Both the position numbers and the translations under genes were made by a program. From the NCBI RefSeq assembly GCF_035492435.1, contig NZ_DATJJF010000094.1:18576-82575 (forward strand): a DNA stretch of 64,000 nucleotides, in the 5' to 3' direction. The notes beneath the pieces were generated by a model, which saw nothing but the letters and a program-made list of their open reading frames with translations, had not been told where the DNA came from and searched no databases. The stretch is from Trinickia sp. GTDB lineage: Bacteria; Pseudomonadota; Gammaproteobacteria; Burkholderiales; Burkholderiaceae. Shown in pieces: positions 29,233 to 40,092 of this stretch. Numbering within the stretch: the first letter of the stretch is position 1; each line of letters starts with the position of its first letter.

Positions 29233-30827
29233 TCACGAAACTCATTCGCAAGCTATTAGGCGGCCGTAGCACGGCCGCCCCCGATGCACCCGACGCCCCG
29301 CTCGCCGCCGAAACGCGGCAAGCGGCCGAGCCTGACACGCATGCCGCGAGCACCGAAACGGGCGTTGCCAAGCCGCGCCGCAAGATCATGCGCCCCCCGA
29401 AGGCCGCCGCGGTGTCCGGGCCGGATGCGCCTGTCATTCTGGCGTCCGATGTGCACGGGATCGATCCCAACCTTATTTCCCGCAACGCGGTGCGCGTCAC
29501 CGACACGCTGCAGCAGGCGGGCTTCAGGGCCTTCATCGTCGGCGGCGCCGTGCGCGATCTGGTGCTCGGTATTGCGCCGAAAGACTTCGATGTCGCCACC
29601 GATGCGACGCCCGACCAGGTCCAGCGGCTCTTTCGGCGTGCGCGGATAATTGGCCGGCGCTTTCAGATCGTTCACGTCCAGTTCGGACAAGAGATCATCG
29701 AAGTCTCGACGTTCCGTGCGCTCGTGGATCCGCCGCCCGCAGAGGCCGCGCCCCCCCGGCGCCTGCGCCGCGACGAACTCGATCGCCGCACGCACGCAGT
29801 CGACGCAAGCGGTCGCGTGTTGCGCGACAACGTGTGGGGCGAACAGCACGAGGATGCAACGCGGCGCGACTTCACGGTCAATGCGATGTACTACGACCCG
29901 GCGACGCAAACCGTGCTCGATTACCACGACGGCATGGCCGACATGCGCGCGCGCACGCTGCGCATGATCGGAGACCCGGCCACGCGCTACCGGGAAGACC
30001 CGGTGCGCATGCTGCGTGTCGTGCGCTTCGCGGCAAAGCTCGGCTTCGAGATCGAGGAAACGAGCCGTGCGCCGATCCAGCCGCTTGCCGATCTGATTCA
30101 CAACGTGCCGGCCGCGCGGCTCTTCGATGAAATACTGAAGCTGCTGCTCTCGGGCCAGGCGCTCGCATGCCTTCAACAACTGCGCAAGGAAGGCCTGCAT
30201 CACGGGCTGCTGCCGCTGCTTGACGTCGTGCTCGAGCAGCCGCACGGCGAATCGTTTATCACGCTCGCGCTCAACAATACCGACGCGCGCGTGCGGGCCG
30301 GCAAGCCCGTCTCGCCCGGGTTTCTTTTCGCAACGCTGCTCTGGCACGACGTGCAGCAGCGCACGCAGGGCTACGAGCGCGATGGCGAGTACCCCGTGCC
30401 TGCCCTGCATCGTGCGATGGACGACGTCATCGACACGCAAACCGAGAAGCTCGCCATTCACAAGCGCTATTCGGCCGACATGCGCGAGATCTGGGGGCTG
30501 CAATCGCGCCTCGAGAAGCGGTCTGGCCGCGGCGCGCTAAAGCTCATCGAACACCAAAGATTTAGAGCAGGTTATGATTTCCTCCTGCTGCGCTGCGAAT
30601 CGGGTGAGCTCGAATCGTCAGTGGGGCAATGGTGGACGGCCTTTATCGAAGGCGATGCGGGGGCGCGTGAAGCGCTGCTCGCGGTCGGGGGCAACGAGCG
30701 CACGCCGCGCAAGCGCCGTCGGCGCGGCGGTGGCGGTGGCCGCGGCCGCAAGACGGGCGATGGTGAGGCGTCGGCTGCAAATTCCGTCGACGGAGCCGCT
30801 GCCACGCCCGACGTGCGCGAGGATTGA
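29229..30827 (+). CDS. pcnB: Poly(A) polymerase I
   Basis: Contains AFIVGGAVRDLVLGIAPKDFDVATDATPDQV and RFQIVHV, plus an Arg-rich C-terminus. The GTG start overlaps the upstream stop. The N-terminal ~70 aa are low complexity, so the start is uncertain. Confidence 0.88.
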   Translation: MITKLIRKLLGGRSTAAPDAPDAPLAAETRQAAEPDTHAASTETGVAKPRRKIMRPPKAAAVSGPDAPVILASDVHGIDPNLISRNAVRVTDTLQQAGFRAFIVGGAVRDLVLGIAPKDFDVATDATPDQVQRLFRRARIIGRRFQIVHVQFGQEIIEVSTFRALVDPPPAEAAPPRRLRRDELDRRTHAVDASGRVLRDNVWGEQHEDATRRDFTVNAMYYDPATQTVLDYHDGMADMRARTLRMIGDPATRYREDPVRMLRVVRFAAKLGFEIEETSRAPIQPLADLIHNVPAARLFDEILKLLLSGQALACLQQLRKEGLHHGLLPLLDVVLEQPHGESFITLALNNTDARVRAGKPVSPGFLFATLLWHDVQQRTQGYERDGEYPVPALHRAMDDVIDTQTEKLAIHKRYSADMREIWGLQSRLEKRSGRGALKLIEHQRFRAGYDFLLLRCESGELESSVGQWWTAFIEGDAGAREALLAVGGNERTPRKRRRRGGGGGRGRKTGDGEASAANSVDGAAATPDVRED

Positions 30828-30889
30828 CGCGGCGGCGTTCGTCGCCAAACCTAGTGGGTCAAAGTCGTGAAGTCGCAGGAAGCCATGTC

Positions 30890-31546
30890 ATGACGGTTGC
30901 TTATCTCGGCCTTGGCGCGAATCTCGGGGACGCCCGCCAATCCCTGAAGGATGCGGTCGTCTGCCTCGCGCAGCAGCACTGCGTCACCGTGCTCGCGAAG
31001 TCGGGCCTTTATCGCACGGAACCGATCGATTCGCAGGGCGACGACTACTACAATCTCGTCGTCAAGGTTGAAACCGCGCTATCGGCAAGGTCGCTCCTTG
31101 CGCTCTGTCATCGCATCGAGCAACAGTTCGGTCGCGAGCGGCCGTTCCGCAATGCGCCCCGTACGCTCGACATCGACATCGTGCTGTTCGGCGACGCGCA
31201 GATCGCCGAACCCGACCTTATCATCCCGCATCCGCGCGCCGCGGAGCGCGCATTCGTCCTGGTCCCCCTCGTCGAAATCGACGCCGACGTTGAAATTCCC
31301 AGCGTGGGCCGCGCCGCCCTCCTCATCGCAGGCGTTGCGCACCAGCGGATCGAGAAAGTGCAGACTTGCCGCTGCGCGTTGCTCGACGTGCTGCGCGAAC
31401 AGCGTGCGCAGCGCGCCGAGGAGCGCGCTCACGCAGGCGAGGCTGACCCGAAAGCCCCCGAAGAGCAGTCGGTCGACGCAGCCGATTCCGCCATCTGCGG
31501 CACCTCGCCGTCGCCGCATAGTCCGGTCAAGACCGACTGCCGATGA
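30890..31546 (+). CDS. folK: 2-amino-4-hydroxy-6-hydroxymethyldihydropteridine diphosphokinase, with a ~55-aa charged C-terminal tail
   Basis: Trimmed to the ATG at 30890. Contains MTVAYLGLGANLGD, LYRTEPI, RTLDIDIVLFGD and IPHPRAAERAFVLVPL. Confidence 0.88.
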   Translation: MTVAYLGLGANLGDARQSLKDAVVCLAQQHCVTVLAKSGLYRTEPIDSQGDDYYNLVVKVETALSARSLLALCHRIEQQFGRERPFRNAPRTLDIDIVLFGDAQIAEPDLIIPHPRAAERAFVLVPLVEIDADVEIPSVGRAALLIAGVAHQRIEKVQTCRCALLDVLREQRAQRAEERAHAGEADPKAPEEQSVDAADSAICGTSPSPHSPVKTDCR

Positions 31547-31561
31547 CCGCAGCCTTTTACT

Positions 31562-32194
31562 ATGATCGCCGCCAATCGGCACGCGCCTTACCGTTACCTC
31601 GCCATTGAAGGTCCGATCGGCGTAGGAAAGACATCGCTCGCTGAGCGGCTCGGTGAATGGTGGTCGATGCGCACGCTGCTCGAGCGGCCGCTGGACAATC
31701 CGTTTCTCGAACGCTTTTATAGCGACATGCCGCGTTACGCGCTGCCCACACAGCTCCATTTCGCGCTGCAACGAGCGGAGCAGCAGCGTGAGGCCGCCAA
31801 GGCGCTCGCAAGCGGGGCGATGCTTGTCGCCGACTTCATCACGCAGAAAAACGATCTCTTCGCGCGTCTCACCCTGCCCGACGACGAATTGCAGCTCTAT
31901 CAGGCGCTTGCCGCACAGGTATTTACGGCGGCACCCGTGACGGCGCCCGAATTCGTCATCTATCTGCGAGCGAGCCCGCCGACGCTCATGGCACGCATTC
32001 AAGGACGCGCCCGCCCGGCGGAACAACGCATCACTGACACCTATCTGCGCAAGCTCAGCGACGCATACGACGAATTCTTCTGCCACTATGACGAGAGCCC
32101 GGTGCTGACGGTCAACACGGACCCTCTCAATCCGCTCGATTCCGTCGCGGATCTCGCACTCATTGCCGAACGCGTCGAAATGACGCGGCCATAG
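31562..32194 (+). CDS. Deoxynucleoside kinase family protein
   Basis: 210 aa. Contains YLAIEGPIGVGKTSLA (P-loop) and ERPLDNPFLERFY, matching the dNK/dCK-dGK fold pattern. Confidence 0.75.
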   Translation: MIAANRHAPYRYLAIEGPIGVGKTSLAERLGEWWSMRTLLERPLDNPFLERFYSDMPRYALPTQLHFALQRAEQQREAAKALASGAMLVADFITQKNDLFARLTLPDDELQLYQALAAQVFTAAPVTAPEFVIYLRASPPTLMARIQGRARPAEQRITDTYLRKLSDAYDEFFCHYDESPVLTVNTDPLNPLDSVADLALIAERVEMTRP

Positions 32195-32281
32195 CGCAAG
32201 CTTCGTCAAAGCGCAGTAATATTCGACGCGGCCGGCATTGCTGCGCCGCGTCGATTCTTTTCCAAAAAAACGGAACTTCCG

Positions 32282-33097
32282 ATGACTTATCTGCAGGAAT
32301 CCAGCCGGCCGAAAGTGACCGTGCCGAAGCTTCAGGCAATGCGTGAAGCCGGCGAAAAAATTGTGATGCTGACCTGTTACGACGCGAGCTTCTCGGCGCT
32401 GCTCGACCGCTCTGGCGTCGACGTGCTGCTGATCGGCGATTCGCTCGGCAATGTTTTGCAAGGCCATGCGACGACGCTGCCCGTCACGCTCGACGATGTC
32501 GCCTATCACACGGCTTGCGTCGCACGCGCGCAGCCGCGCGGGCTAATCTTGACCGATCTTCCGTTCGGCACCTACGGCACGCCCGAGGACGCCTTTGCCA
32601 GCGCGGTCAAGGTCATGCGCGCGGGGGCGCAGATGGTCAAGCTCGAAGGCGGCGAATGGCTTGCAGATACGATCCGCTTTCTTGTCGAACGCTCCGTGCC
32701 CGTGTGTGCACACGTCGGGCTGACCCCGCAATCGGTCCACGCGTTTGGCGGCTTCAAAGTACAGGGCAGAACTGAAGCCGCGGCCGCACAACTCATGCGC
32801 GACTCGCGTGCGGTGCAAGACGCGGGCGCGCAGCTGATCGTGCTCGAGGCGATTCCGTCGGCGGTAGCGGCAGGTGTCACGAGCGAGTTGCGGATTCCGA
32901 CCATCGGCATCGGTGCAGGCCTCGATTGTTCGGGCCAGGTACTGGTGTTGCACGACATGCTGGGCATCTTCCCCGGCAAGCCCGCTCGCTTCGTGAAAAA
33001 TTACATGAACGGTGCGCCGAGCATCCAGGCGGCGGTCGAGAATTTCGTCAAGGAAGTCAGGGAAGGCAGCTTTCCCAGGCCTGAGCACGAGTTTTAA
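32282..33097 (+). CDS. panB: 3-methyl-2-oxobutanoate hydroxymethyltransferase
   Basis: 271 aa. Contains [29 protein letters not shown] and PTIGIGAG. Confidence 0.95.
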   Translation: MTYLQESSRPKVTVPKLQAMREAGEKIVMLTCYDASFSALLDRSGVDVLLIGDSLGNVLQGHATTLPVTLDDVAYHTACVARAQPRGLILTDLPFGTYGTPEDAFASAVKVMRAGAQMVKLEGGEWLADTIRFLVERSVPVCAHVGLTPQSVHAFGGFKVQGRTEAAAAQLMRDSRAVQDAGAQLIVLEAIPSAVAAGVTSELRIPTIGIGAGLDCSGQVLVLHDMLGIFPGKPARFVKNYMNGAPSIQAAVENFVKEVREGSFPRPEHEF

Positions 33098-33271
33098 GCA
33101 ACCGTCCGGAACCGGCCTTCAGGCCGGAGCTCGCTGCACCTGGAAAGGCGTCGTGGTGCTGGGCGCCCGGCGCGCCGTCCGCCCCCCTCACGTGACGGGG
33201 CGCTCCATGCGATTTCCCCCGACATCCGGTGCAAGGGCAGCAGCGACAGCGCCGCCCTGAAGGCGAAAGGT

Positions 33272-35332
33272 TCAAGCGGTGCCAGCGCCGGGGGCAACGC
33301 TTTTTTCCGCCGGCGAAATCGAAATAATCCGCGCAGGCAATGCGCCGCGCAGCGCGTTGCAAACGACGAGTGCCTCGGCGCACCGCACGTCGGCGAGCGT
33401 CAGCACGCGTTCGCGCGCAGCGAACATAGTGTCCTCGAGCAGCACCTGGCGCATGACGCCCGGCAGCAATCCGGATTCGAGCGGTGGCGTCCACCACTGG
33501 CCGTCGAGGCGAACAAACACGTTTGAGCGCCCCCCTTCTGTGAGTTCGCCGCGGTCGTTGAAAAACAGCATGTCAAAGCCGCCCCGCGCTTCTGCCTCGC
33601 GCCAGCCGCGGTCATAGTCGGCCCGATGCGTCGTCTTATGGTTCAGCAGGAAATCTCCCGAGCGCGTCGGTGCGAAACCATGTTCGGGCGCAAGCAAAAC
33701 GCCAACCTCCGTCCCGTTGTCGAGCCATGTGAATGTGCCGGTTGCGGCTTTAGCGGCATGGGCGAAATGGCCCCCGGCGCTCGCTCGATCCACTTGCGCT
33801 GCCGCATCGATGAGCGTCTTGACCGGTCCTAGCGGCCCCGTCGAAATCTCGAGCGCGCCGTCTTTCGCGAGCGCGAGCCGGACCCGATGATCGCCCGTTT
33901 CCGGCAACTGCGCGCACTGCTCAGCGATGCGCGCACGCACTGCTGCTTCGTCAAAGAGGAACCCCAGCTGTGCGGCGCTGCGTTGGAGACGCGTGAGGTG
34001 TCGCTCCACGTGAGCCCCCCCCGCTGCGCGGCACGCCCGCATCGTCTCGAAAAGCTGGAAGCCGGGATCAGCTCCCGTCAAGAACTTCGCCTTCAAGCGG
34101 CATTCCGCATACTCGTCAGCGGCGATGCTGTCGAGCACGATCCCGCCACCGACGCCCATCATGCCGCGTCGCAGCCCGGTTGCCGAATCGCGTGCCGAGA
34201 GCGTCAGCGTGCGGATGGCGACGGAGAGACAAAAGTCGCCGCAGGGCGCTCGGTTCGCATGATCGCCCTGCCCGGCTTCGAGCCGATTGCCTCCCGGCGC
34301 AGCGTCATACCAGCCGATCGTGCCCGTGTAGAGCCCGCGTGGTGTCGTCTCGATATCGTCGATGAGCTGCATCGTGCGATGCTTCGGTGCGCCCGTAATC
34401 GAGCCGCAGGGGAAAAGCGCCCGCAACAAGTCTGCGAACGAGACACCTGGCACCGCCTCGGCCTCGATCGTCGACGTCATGGCCCAGATGGACGGATAAG
34501 CCTCCACCGAGAACAACGCCGGCACGCGCACAGAGCCCGTCTTGGCGACCCGCGCGACGTCGTTGCGCAGCAGATCGACGATCATCAGATTCTCTGCGCG
34601 ATTTTTCGGATCGTTGCGCAGGAAAGCCTCGGCGCACGCATCTTCCTCTGGGGTACGACCGCGGGCTGTCGTGCCCTTCATCGGCCGCGTGCGCAGGTGT
34701 TCTCCGCTCTTTTCGACGAAAAGCTCGGGCGAGCACGACACGATCCACTCGTCGTGCGACAACGCGATCAATGCGCCGTACTGCACCGGTTGTCGTGCGC
34801 GAAGCCTCCGATAGAGGCCGATGGGCGAGCCGAACGCCTCGAACGCCAGCCGGTAGGTGTAGTTGATCTGATATGACTCGCCTGCGACGAGCGCTTCGTG
34901 CACGGCTGAAATGGCTGCATCGAACTCGTCCGGCGTTACGCTCTCGACGATGTTCGCCGCACCGGCAACTGACGGTAAGTTTGCGCCGCCCTCCCGATCG
35001 GAGAGCCACGCGTCGACCTCCTGACGGGTGAGCTTTTCGCAGCGCGCAAACAACAAAAAGCGCAACGAGCCGGCGCCATGCTGCCCGCGCTCTTTTGCGC
35101 CAACGCCTTTTAAATGGAGATTGCGGCCAAACTCATAGTCGCCGAGCACCACGGCGTGGAGCCCCGCCGCAACGTCGGCAGCGGCCGCTTCGCAGACCTC
35201 GTCGAGTTGCGTGCCTTCGGTTGCCGCGTAGGCGCGTACCAACTCGGTATACAAGCGGCTCGTGCGGTGTGCGGTGTTTGCGTCGCAATCGTCGAGCAAC
35301 GCAAACACCGCATTGGAAACATCAGGCTTCAT
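33272..35332 (-). CDS. pabB: Fused aminodeoxychorismate synthase component I (PabB) and class-IV aminotransferase-fold ADC lyase (PabC-like)
   Basis: 686 aa. The N-terminal ~460 aa are chorismate-binding (SYQINYTYR, RPMKGTTARG, NRAENLMIVDLLRND, GSITGAPK, GIGGGIV-like). The C-terminal ~220 aa are PabC/IlvE-fold (FDMLFFNDRGELTEGGRSNVF, LLPGVMR). Confidence 0.85.
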   Translation of the reverse strand: MKPDVSNAVFALLDDCDANTAHRTSRLYTELVRAYAATEGTQLDEVCEAAAADVAAGLHAVVLGDYEFGRNLHLKGVGAKERGQHGAGSLRFLLFARCEKLTRQEVDAWLSDREGGANLPSVAGAANIVESVTPDEFDAAISAVHEALVAGESYQINYTYRLAFEAFGSPIGLYRRLRARQPVQYGALIALSHDEWIVSCSPELFVEKSGEHLRTRPMKGTTARGRTPEEDACAEAFLRNDPKNRAENLMIVDLLRNDVARVAKTGSVRVPALFSVEAYPSIWAMTSTIEAEAVPGVSFADLLRALFPCGSITGAPKHRTMQLIDDIETTPRGLYTGTIGWYDAAPGGNRLEAGQGDHANRAPCGDFCLSVAIRTLTLSARDSATGLRRGMMGVGGGIVLDSIAADEYAECRLKAKFLTGADPGFQLFETMRACRAAGGAHVERHLTRLQRSAAQLGFLFDEAAVRARIAEQCAQLPETGDHRVRLALAKDGALEISTGPLGPVKTLIDAAAQVDRASAGGHFAHAAKAATGTFTWLDNGTEVGVLLAPEHGFAPTRSGDFLLNHKTTHRADYDRGWREAEARGGFDMLFFNDRGELTEGGRSNVFVRLDGQWWTPPLESGLLPGVMRQVLLEDTMFAARERVLTLADVRCAEALVVCNALRGALPARIISISPAEKSVAPGAGTA

Positions 35333-35503
35333 TCACTCTATGCCCGCGGATTGACCAGATCGACCGCTGACCCGCTCGTTCACTTCGAACTTGCCGGTGT
35401 GGACTTCGAACGCTGCCGGCTGCGCATGACACGCGCGCCCCCCTTTGCTCATTGCCCCTTGTTCCTTGCAAGCGAGCTCGGATGGGTCCGCGCGTCCGTT
35501 GCC

Positions 35504-36634
35504 TTAATCGAAAAAGCTCTTCACCCTGTCGAACCAGCTTTTGCTCTGGGGGCTATGACGCGGCCCCCCCTCCACCAACGACTTTTCGAATTGCTTGAGC
35601 AAATCGCGTTGCGTATCGGTCAGCTTCACGGGCGTCTCGACTTGCACATGCACGTAGAGATCGCCAGCAACGCTCGAGCGCAGGCCCTTGATGCCCTTGC
35701 TGCGCAAACGGAACGTCTTGCCCGACTGCGTACCCTCCGGCACCGTGAAGCTCGCGCGGCCCGCCAGTGTCGGCACTTCGATCTCACCACCGAGCGCCGC
35801 CGTCGTAAACGGAATCGGCATCTGGCAATGCAGATCGTCACCGTCGCGCTCGAAGACCGTGTGCGGCTTGATATGGATTTCGACGTACAGATCGCCCGGC
35901 GGCCCGCCGTTGACACCCGGCTCGCCGTTGCCCGACGAACGGATGCGCATGCCGTCGTCGATGCCCGCGGGAATCTTCACTTCGAGCGTCTTGGTTTCCT
36001 TGACCTTGCCTGCGCCGTGGCAGTGCAAACACGGATCAGGAATATACGTGCCGCTACCATGGCACTTCGGGCAGGTTTGCTGAATGCTGAAAAATCCCTG
36101 CGACATGCGCACGGCACCGGAGCCGTGGCAGGTCGGGCAGCTCTCGGCCTTCGTGCCAGGCTTGGCGCCTGAGCCGTGACAGATGTCGCACGAGACCCAG
36201 CTCGGCACCCGGATCTGCGTCTCGCAACCGTGTGCCGCCTGCTCCAGCGTAATTTCCATGCTGTAGCGCAAATCGGCACCGCGGAAAACCTGCGGTCCCG
36301 CACGGCGGCCACCGCCGCCCGCCGCCTGGCCGAAAATATCGCCGAAGATGTCGCCGAATGCATCGGCAAATCCACCGAAGCCTTGCGCCCCCGCGCCTGC
36401 CATGCTCGGGTCCACACCCGCGTGCCCGTATTGGTCGTAGGCCGCGCGCTTTTGCGGTTCCGACAGCATCTCATAGGCCTCTTTGGCCTCCTTGAAATGC
36501 TCTTCCGCGTTCTTATTGTCCGGATTGCGGTCGGGGTGGTACTTCATCGCGAGCTTGCGATACGCCTTCTTTATCTCGTCATCGCCCGCGTTTTTCGCGA
36601 CGCCCAGAACCTCGTAGTAATCCCGTTTTGCCAT
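35504..36634 (-). CDS. dnaJ: Molecular chaperone DnaJ
   Basis: 376 aa with a J-domain (DYYEVLGV...YHPDRNP), a G/F region and four CxxCxGxG zinc motifs. Confidence 0.97.
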   Translation of the reverse strand: MAKRDYYEVLGVAKNAGDDEIKKAYRKLAMKYHPDRNPDNKNAEEHFKEAKEAYEMLSEPQKRAAYDQYGHAGVDPSMAGAGAQGFGGFADAFGDIFGDIFGQAAGGGGRRAGPQVFRGADLRYSMEITLEQAAHGCETQIRVPSWVSCDICHGSGAKPGTKAESCPTCHGSGAVRMSQGFFSIQQTCPKCHGSGTYIPDPCLHCHGAGKVKETKTLEVKIPAGIDDGMRIRSSGNGEPGVNGGPPGDLYVEIHIKPHTVFERDGDDLHCQMPIPFTTAALGGEIEVPTLAGRASFTVPEGTQSGKTFRLRSKGIKGLRSSVAGDLYVHVQVETPVKLTDTQRDLLKQFEKSLVEGGPRHSPQSKSWFDRVKSFFD

Positions 36635-36870
36635 CGGTTCACCGCCGGCCGCGCCTCATGCGCCGCCGCTCCTTTCGCATGCTGTAAAGTCTCGCGACTC
36701 GTTCGGCATGCCCCGTCCCAGTCTTCAAAAATGACCCGAACGGGCATGCCGCCCAAAAAGCAAATGTGCCCGGAGAACCCGAAAGTCCGCCAGGCGTAGT
36801 ACCGGCCGGCCGCCCATGAGGGAGGGCCGACCATCATTGCGCTCGAGCCGAAGCCCCGCTTTCGCGAAGC

Positions 36871-38829
36871 TCAGTCCCTCTTCACTTCCTTGAAATCGGC
36901 ATCGACGACGTCGTCCTCAGGCTTGCTCGCGCTTGCACCCGCGCTTGCGCCGCCAGCCGTTGCACCCGCACCGCCGGCCGCACCAGCCGCATTCTGGGCC
37001 TGCATGTCGGCGTACATCTTTTCACCGAGCTTTTGCGAAGCCGTCGCGACTGCTTCGATCTTGGCCTCAATTTCCGCCTTGTCGCTCGCGCCGCTCTTGA
37101 GCGTCTCCTCGAGCGCCTTCAGCGCCGATTCGATCGTCTCTTTTTCGCTTGCATCAACCTTATCACCATATTCGGTGAGCGCCTTCTTCGTGCTGTGCAC
37201 GAGCGCATCGCCCTGATTGCGCGCATCAGCGAGCTCACGCAGGCGATGGTCCTCAGCCGCATTCAGCTCCGCGTCCTTGACCATCTTCTCGATCTCGGCT
37301 TCGGACAAGCCCGAGTTCGCCTTGATCACGATCTTGTTTTCCTTGCCCGTTCCCTTGTCCTTCGCGTGCACGTGCAGGATACCGTTCGCGTCGATGTCGA
37401 ACGCCACTTCGATCTGCGGAACACCGCGCGGTGCGGGCGGGATGCCCTCGAGGTTGAACTCGCCGAGCAGCTTGTTGCCCGTCGCCATTTCGCGCTCGCC
37501 CTGATACACCTTGATCGTCACGGCGCCTTGATTGTCGTCTGCCGTCGAGAACGTCTGGGCGTGCTTCGTCGGGATCGTGGTGTTCTTGTTGATCATCTTC
37601 GTCATCACGCCGCCGAGCGTCTCGATGCCGAGCGAGAGCGGCGTCACGTCGAGCAGCAGCACGTCCTTGCGGTCGCCCGAGAGCACCTGGCCCTGGATCG
37701 CGGCGCCCACGGCAACCGCTTCGTCCGGGTTCACATCGCGCCGCGGCTCCTTGCCGAAGAACTCCTTCACCGTGTCCTGCACCTTCGGCATGCGCGTCAT
37801 GCCGCCGACGAGGATCACGTCGTCGATGTCGGTGCCCTTCACGCCCGCATCCTTCATCGCGATGCGGCACGGCTCAACGGTGCGTTGGATCAGATCTTCA
37901 ACGAGCGCTTCGAGCTTTGCGCGCGTGAGCTTCAAGTTCAGGTGCTTGGGACCTGTCGCGTCGGCCGTGATGTACGGCAGGTTGATCTCGGTCTGCTGGC
38001 TCGACGAAAGCTCGATCTTCGCCTTCTCGGCCGCTTCCTTCAGGCGCTGCAGCGCGAGCACGTCCTTCGAGAGGTCGACGCCCTGCTCCTTCTTGAACTC
38101 GCCGATGATGTAATCGATGATGCGCTGGTCGAAATCCTCACCGCCAAGGAACGTGTCGCCGTTCGTCGACAGCACTTCGAACTGCATCTCGCCGTCAACG
38201 TCGGCGATTTCGATGATCGAGACGTCGAACGTGCCGCCGCCCAAGTCATAGACGGCAATCTTGCGGTCGCCCTTTTCAGCCTTGTCGAGGCCGAACGCAA
38301 GCGCGGCCGCCGTCGGCTCGTTGATGATCCGCTTGACTTCGAGGCCCGCAATGCGGCCGGCATCCTTCGTTGCCTGGCGCTGGCTGTCGTTGAAGTAGGC
38401 GGGCACCGTAATCACGGCTTCCGTGACGGGCTCGCCGAGATAGTCCTCGGCCGTCTTCTTCATCTTGCGCAGCACTTCCGCCGAAACCTGCGGCGGAGCG
38501 AGCTTCTTGTCGCGTGCTTCGACCCAGGCGTCGCCATTATCGGCCTTTACAATCTTGTAAGGCATGAGACCGATATCTTTTTGCACTTCCTTTTCTTCGA
38601 AGCGGCGACCGATGAGACGCTTGACCGCGAACAGCGTGTTGGTCGGGTTCGTCACCGACTGACGCTTGGCCGGCGCGCCGACGAGAATCTCGTTGTCGTC
38701 CATGTAGGCGATGATCGAAGGCGTCGTACGGGCGCCTTCCGAGTTCTCGATCACTTTGACTTGGTTGCCTTCCATCAGCGCCACGCACGAATTCGTGGTG
38801 CCGAGGTCAATGCCGATGATTTTGCCCAT
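36871..38829 (-). CDS. dnaK: Molecular chaperone DnaK (Hsp70)
   Basis: Track ORF trimmed to the ATG at 38829 ([17 protein letters not shown]) after AGGAGA. Canonical Hsp70 blocks run throughout. Confidence 0.97.
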   Translation of the reverse strand: MGKIIGIDLGTTNSCVALMEGNQVKVIENSEGARTTPSIIAYMDDNEILVGAPAKRQSVTNPTNTLFAVKRLIGRRFEEKEVQKDIGLMPYKIVKADNGDAWVEARDKKLAPPQVSAEVLRKMKKTAEDYLGEPVTEAVITVPAYFNDSQRQATKDAGRIAGLEVKRIINEPTAAALAFGLDKAEKGDRKIAVYDLGGGTFDVSIIEIADVDGEMQFEVLSTNGDTFLGGEDFDQRIIDYIIGEFKKEQGVDLSKDVLALQRLKEAAEKAKIELSSSQQTEINLPYITADATGPKHLNLKLTRAKLEALVEDLIQRTVEPCRIAMKDAGVKGTDIDDVILVGGMTRMPKVQDTVKEFFGKEPRRDVNPDEAVAVGAAIQGQVLSGDRKDVLLLDVTPLSLGIETLGGVMTKMINKNTTIPTKHAQTFSTADDNQGAVTIKVYQGEREMATGNKLLGEFNLEGIPPAPRGVPQIEVAFDIDANGILHVHAKDKGTGKENKIVIKANSGLSEAEIEKMVKDAELNAAEDHRLRELADARNQGDALVHSTKKALTEYGDKVDASEKETIESALKALEETLKSGASDKAEIEAKIEAVATASQKLGEKMYADMQAQNAAGAAGGAGATAGGASAGASASKPEDDVVDADFKEVKRD

Positions 38830-38913
38830 TTTTCCTAATCTCCTGACTTTTGATCCCGTCTGGGCGCCGGCGCTGGTCCAGCGCTGACCGCCCATCAATT
38901 CAAACCTGCACCC

Positions 38914-38942
38914 AACATGAGTGCCTTCGCGCCGTTTTCAAG
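38914..38942 (-). promoter_or_regulatory. Possible sigma-32 promoter for dnaK (imperfect -10)
   Basis: The minus strand reads GGGCTTGAAAA-CGGCGCGAAGGCA-CTCATGTT. The -35 CTTGAA is exact. The -10 matches only the CAT-T part of CCCCATNT. It lies about 85-110 nt upstream of the dnaK ATG. Confidence 0.4.
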
Positions 38943-39430
38943 CCCTCGGGCCGATGCGCTCGCCAATTTTCTTTAATGGGCCCAATCGGCACCCCGCTCG
39001 CCGTCACCGGCCGCCCGAGCCTTCACGCAGGCGACGTCGACTACAGCTGGGGGAAGCCATGCCGCGCCACCCGTTGCGCGTCCGAGCCGCTTGCCCCAGA
39101 AGGCACGCGGCCAGCGCCTATGAGGTAAAAAGCGGCACGCTCCTTACCGGCACTCGCAGACGTTTGCGTGGAACAGCCAGCCCCCAACGAGCGAATCACC
39201 GGGCCAGCACACACATCGCCGTCTTCGCGACCTCGCATTTGAAGCAGCGCACGCTCCCCAGAAGGAGCAAGGCGAGCTCATCGCCGGTGGACGCAAGCGC
39301 CGCATCAAAGCTCACGGCTTCACGCTCGTCTCTTCTTCATCTCAAAAAAAGAGAGGGTGGCGTCGACCTATGCGTGTTCACGCTTGGCTCGCACCGGCCA
39401 CGCGGGCCACGGGCGAGCGCAATGGCCAAC

Positions 39431-40015
39431 TTACTTCGGCTGCGCAACGGTGACGAGCGCGGGCCGCAATACGCGCTCGGCAATCACATAGCCCTTTTGC
39501 AGCACTGACACTACGGTATTGGGCTCCTGATCAGCCGGCACCATCGAGATCGCTTGGTGCTGATGCGGGTCGAACTTTTGGCCGACCGGGTTGATCGCCA
39601 CGACTTTGCCTTTGTCGAGCGCATTCGATAGCTGACGCAGCGTCAGCTCGACACCTTCACGCAGCTTCGCAACGTCGCCCGACGAATCGGCTAGCGCCGC
39701 CTCGAGGCTGTCGATCACTGGCAGCAGATGCTCGGCGAAGCTTTCGATGGCGAATTTGCGCGCCTTGAGTACATCCTCTTGCGCACGCCGACGCACGTTT
39801 TCGGTTTCCGCCTTGGCGCGCAAAAAGCTTTCGCTGAGCTCGACTACTTTCGCCTGAGCTTCGGCGAGCTCCGCTTGCGCCGACGGTTCCTGCTGCGATT
39901 GGGGCTCAGTGGCAGCAGCCGCGACCTGCTCCGCGACGTTCTCGGCAATGGGTTGCGCGGTGTCTCCGGCAGACGGTGGGGTCTGGCTGGCCGGGTTGTC
40001 TTGCGTATGTTCCAT
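39431..40015 (-). CDS. grpE: Nucleotide exchange factor GrpE
   Basis: Track ORF trimmed to the ATG at 40015 ([10 protein letters not shown]...). Contains [30 protein letters not shown] and [10 protein letters not shown]. Confidence 0.92.
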   Translation of the reverse strand: MEHTQDNPASQTPPSAGDTAQPIAENVAEQVAAAATEPQSQQEPSAQAELAEAQAKVVELSESFLRAKAETENVRRRAQEDVLKARKFAIESFAEHLLPVIDSLEAALADSSGDVAKLREGVELTLRQLSNALDKGKVVAINPVGQKFDPHQHQAISMVPADQEPNTVVSVLQKGYVIAERVLRPALVTVAQPK

Positions 40016-40092
40016 GTCGCTGAATCGTCCAAAAAGTGAAATCGCCACGGCGAGTGTTGCATCAACGCAACTTGCCGTCGCACGTCACGGCC

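Noticed and set aside
36699-36750. Possible structured element in the dnaK-dnaJ spacer: two GGCATGCC palindromes and complementary CGTTCGG/CCGAACG segments.
   Set aside because: The only consistent pairing is a 7-bp stem closing a ~29-nt loop. That is too weak to call a terminator or processing site without comparative support.
37033-38838. 601-aa ORF on the plus strand opposite dnaK. Similar long antisense ORFs include 29256..30503 (opposite pcnB), 50764..52434 (opposite glnE), 56345..57631 (opposite yhdP), 23511..24494 (opposite miaA), 10588..12027 and 9475..10482 (opposite the RND pump), 35114..36172 (opposite dnaJ) and 40987..41946 (opposite hemH).
   Set aside because: All lie antisense to genes with unmistakable conserved protein signatures. 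Their translations are Arg/Ala/His/Asp-rich low-complexity strings with no recognisable motifs. This is the usual open-frame artefact of GC-rich DNA.
38921-39508. 195-aa plus-strand ORF in the grpE-dnaK spacer.
   Set aside because: Its composition is Arg/Pro/Ser-rich, it overlaps the grpE 3' end in antisense, and it has no ribosome-binding site or motif. Treated as non-coding; the spacer itself is reported as a finding.
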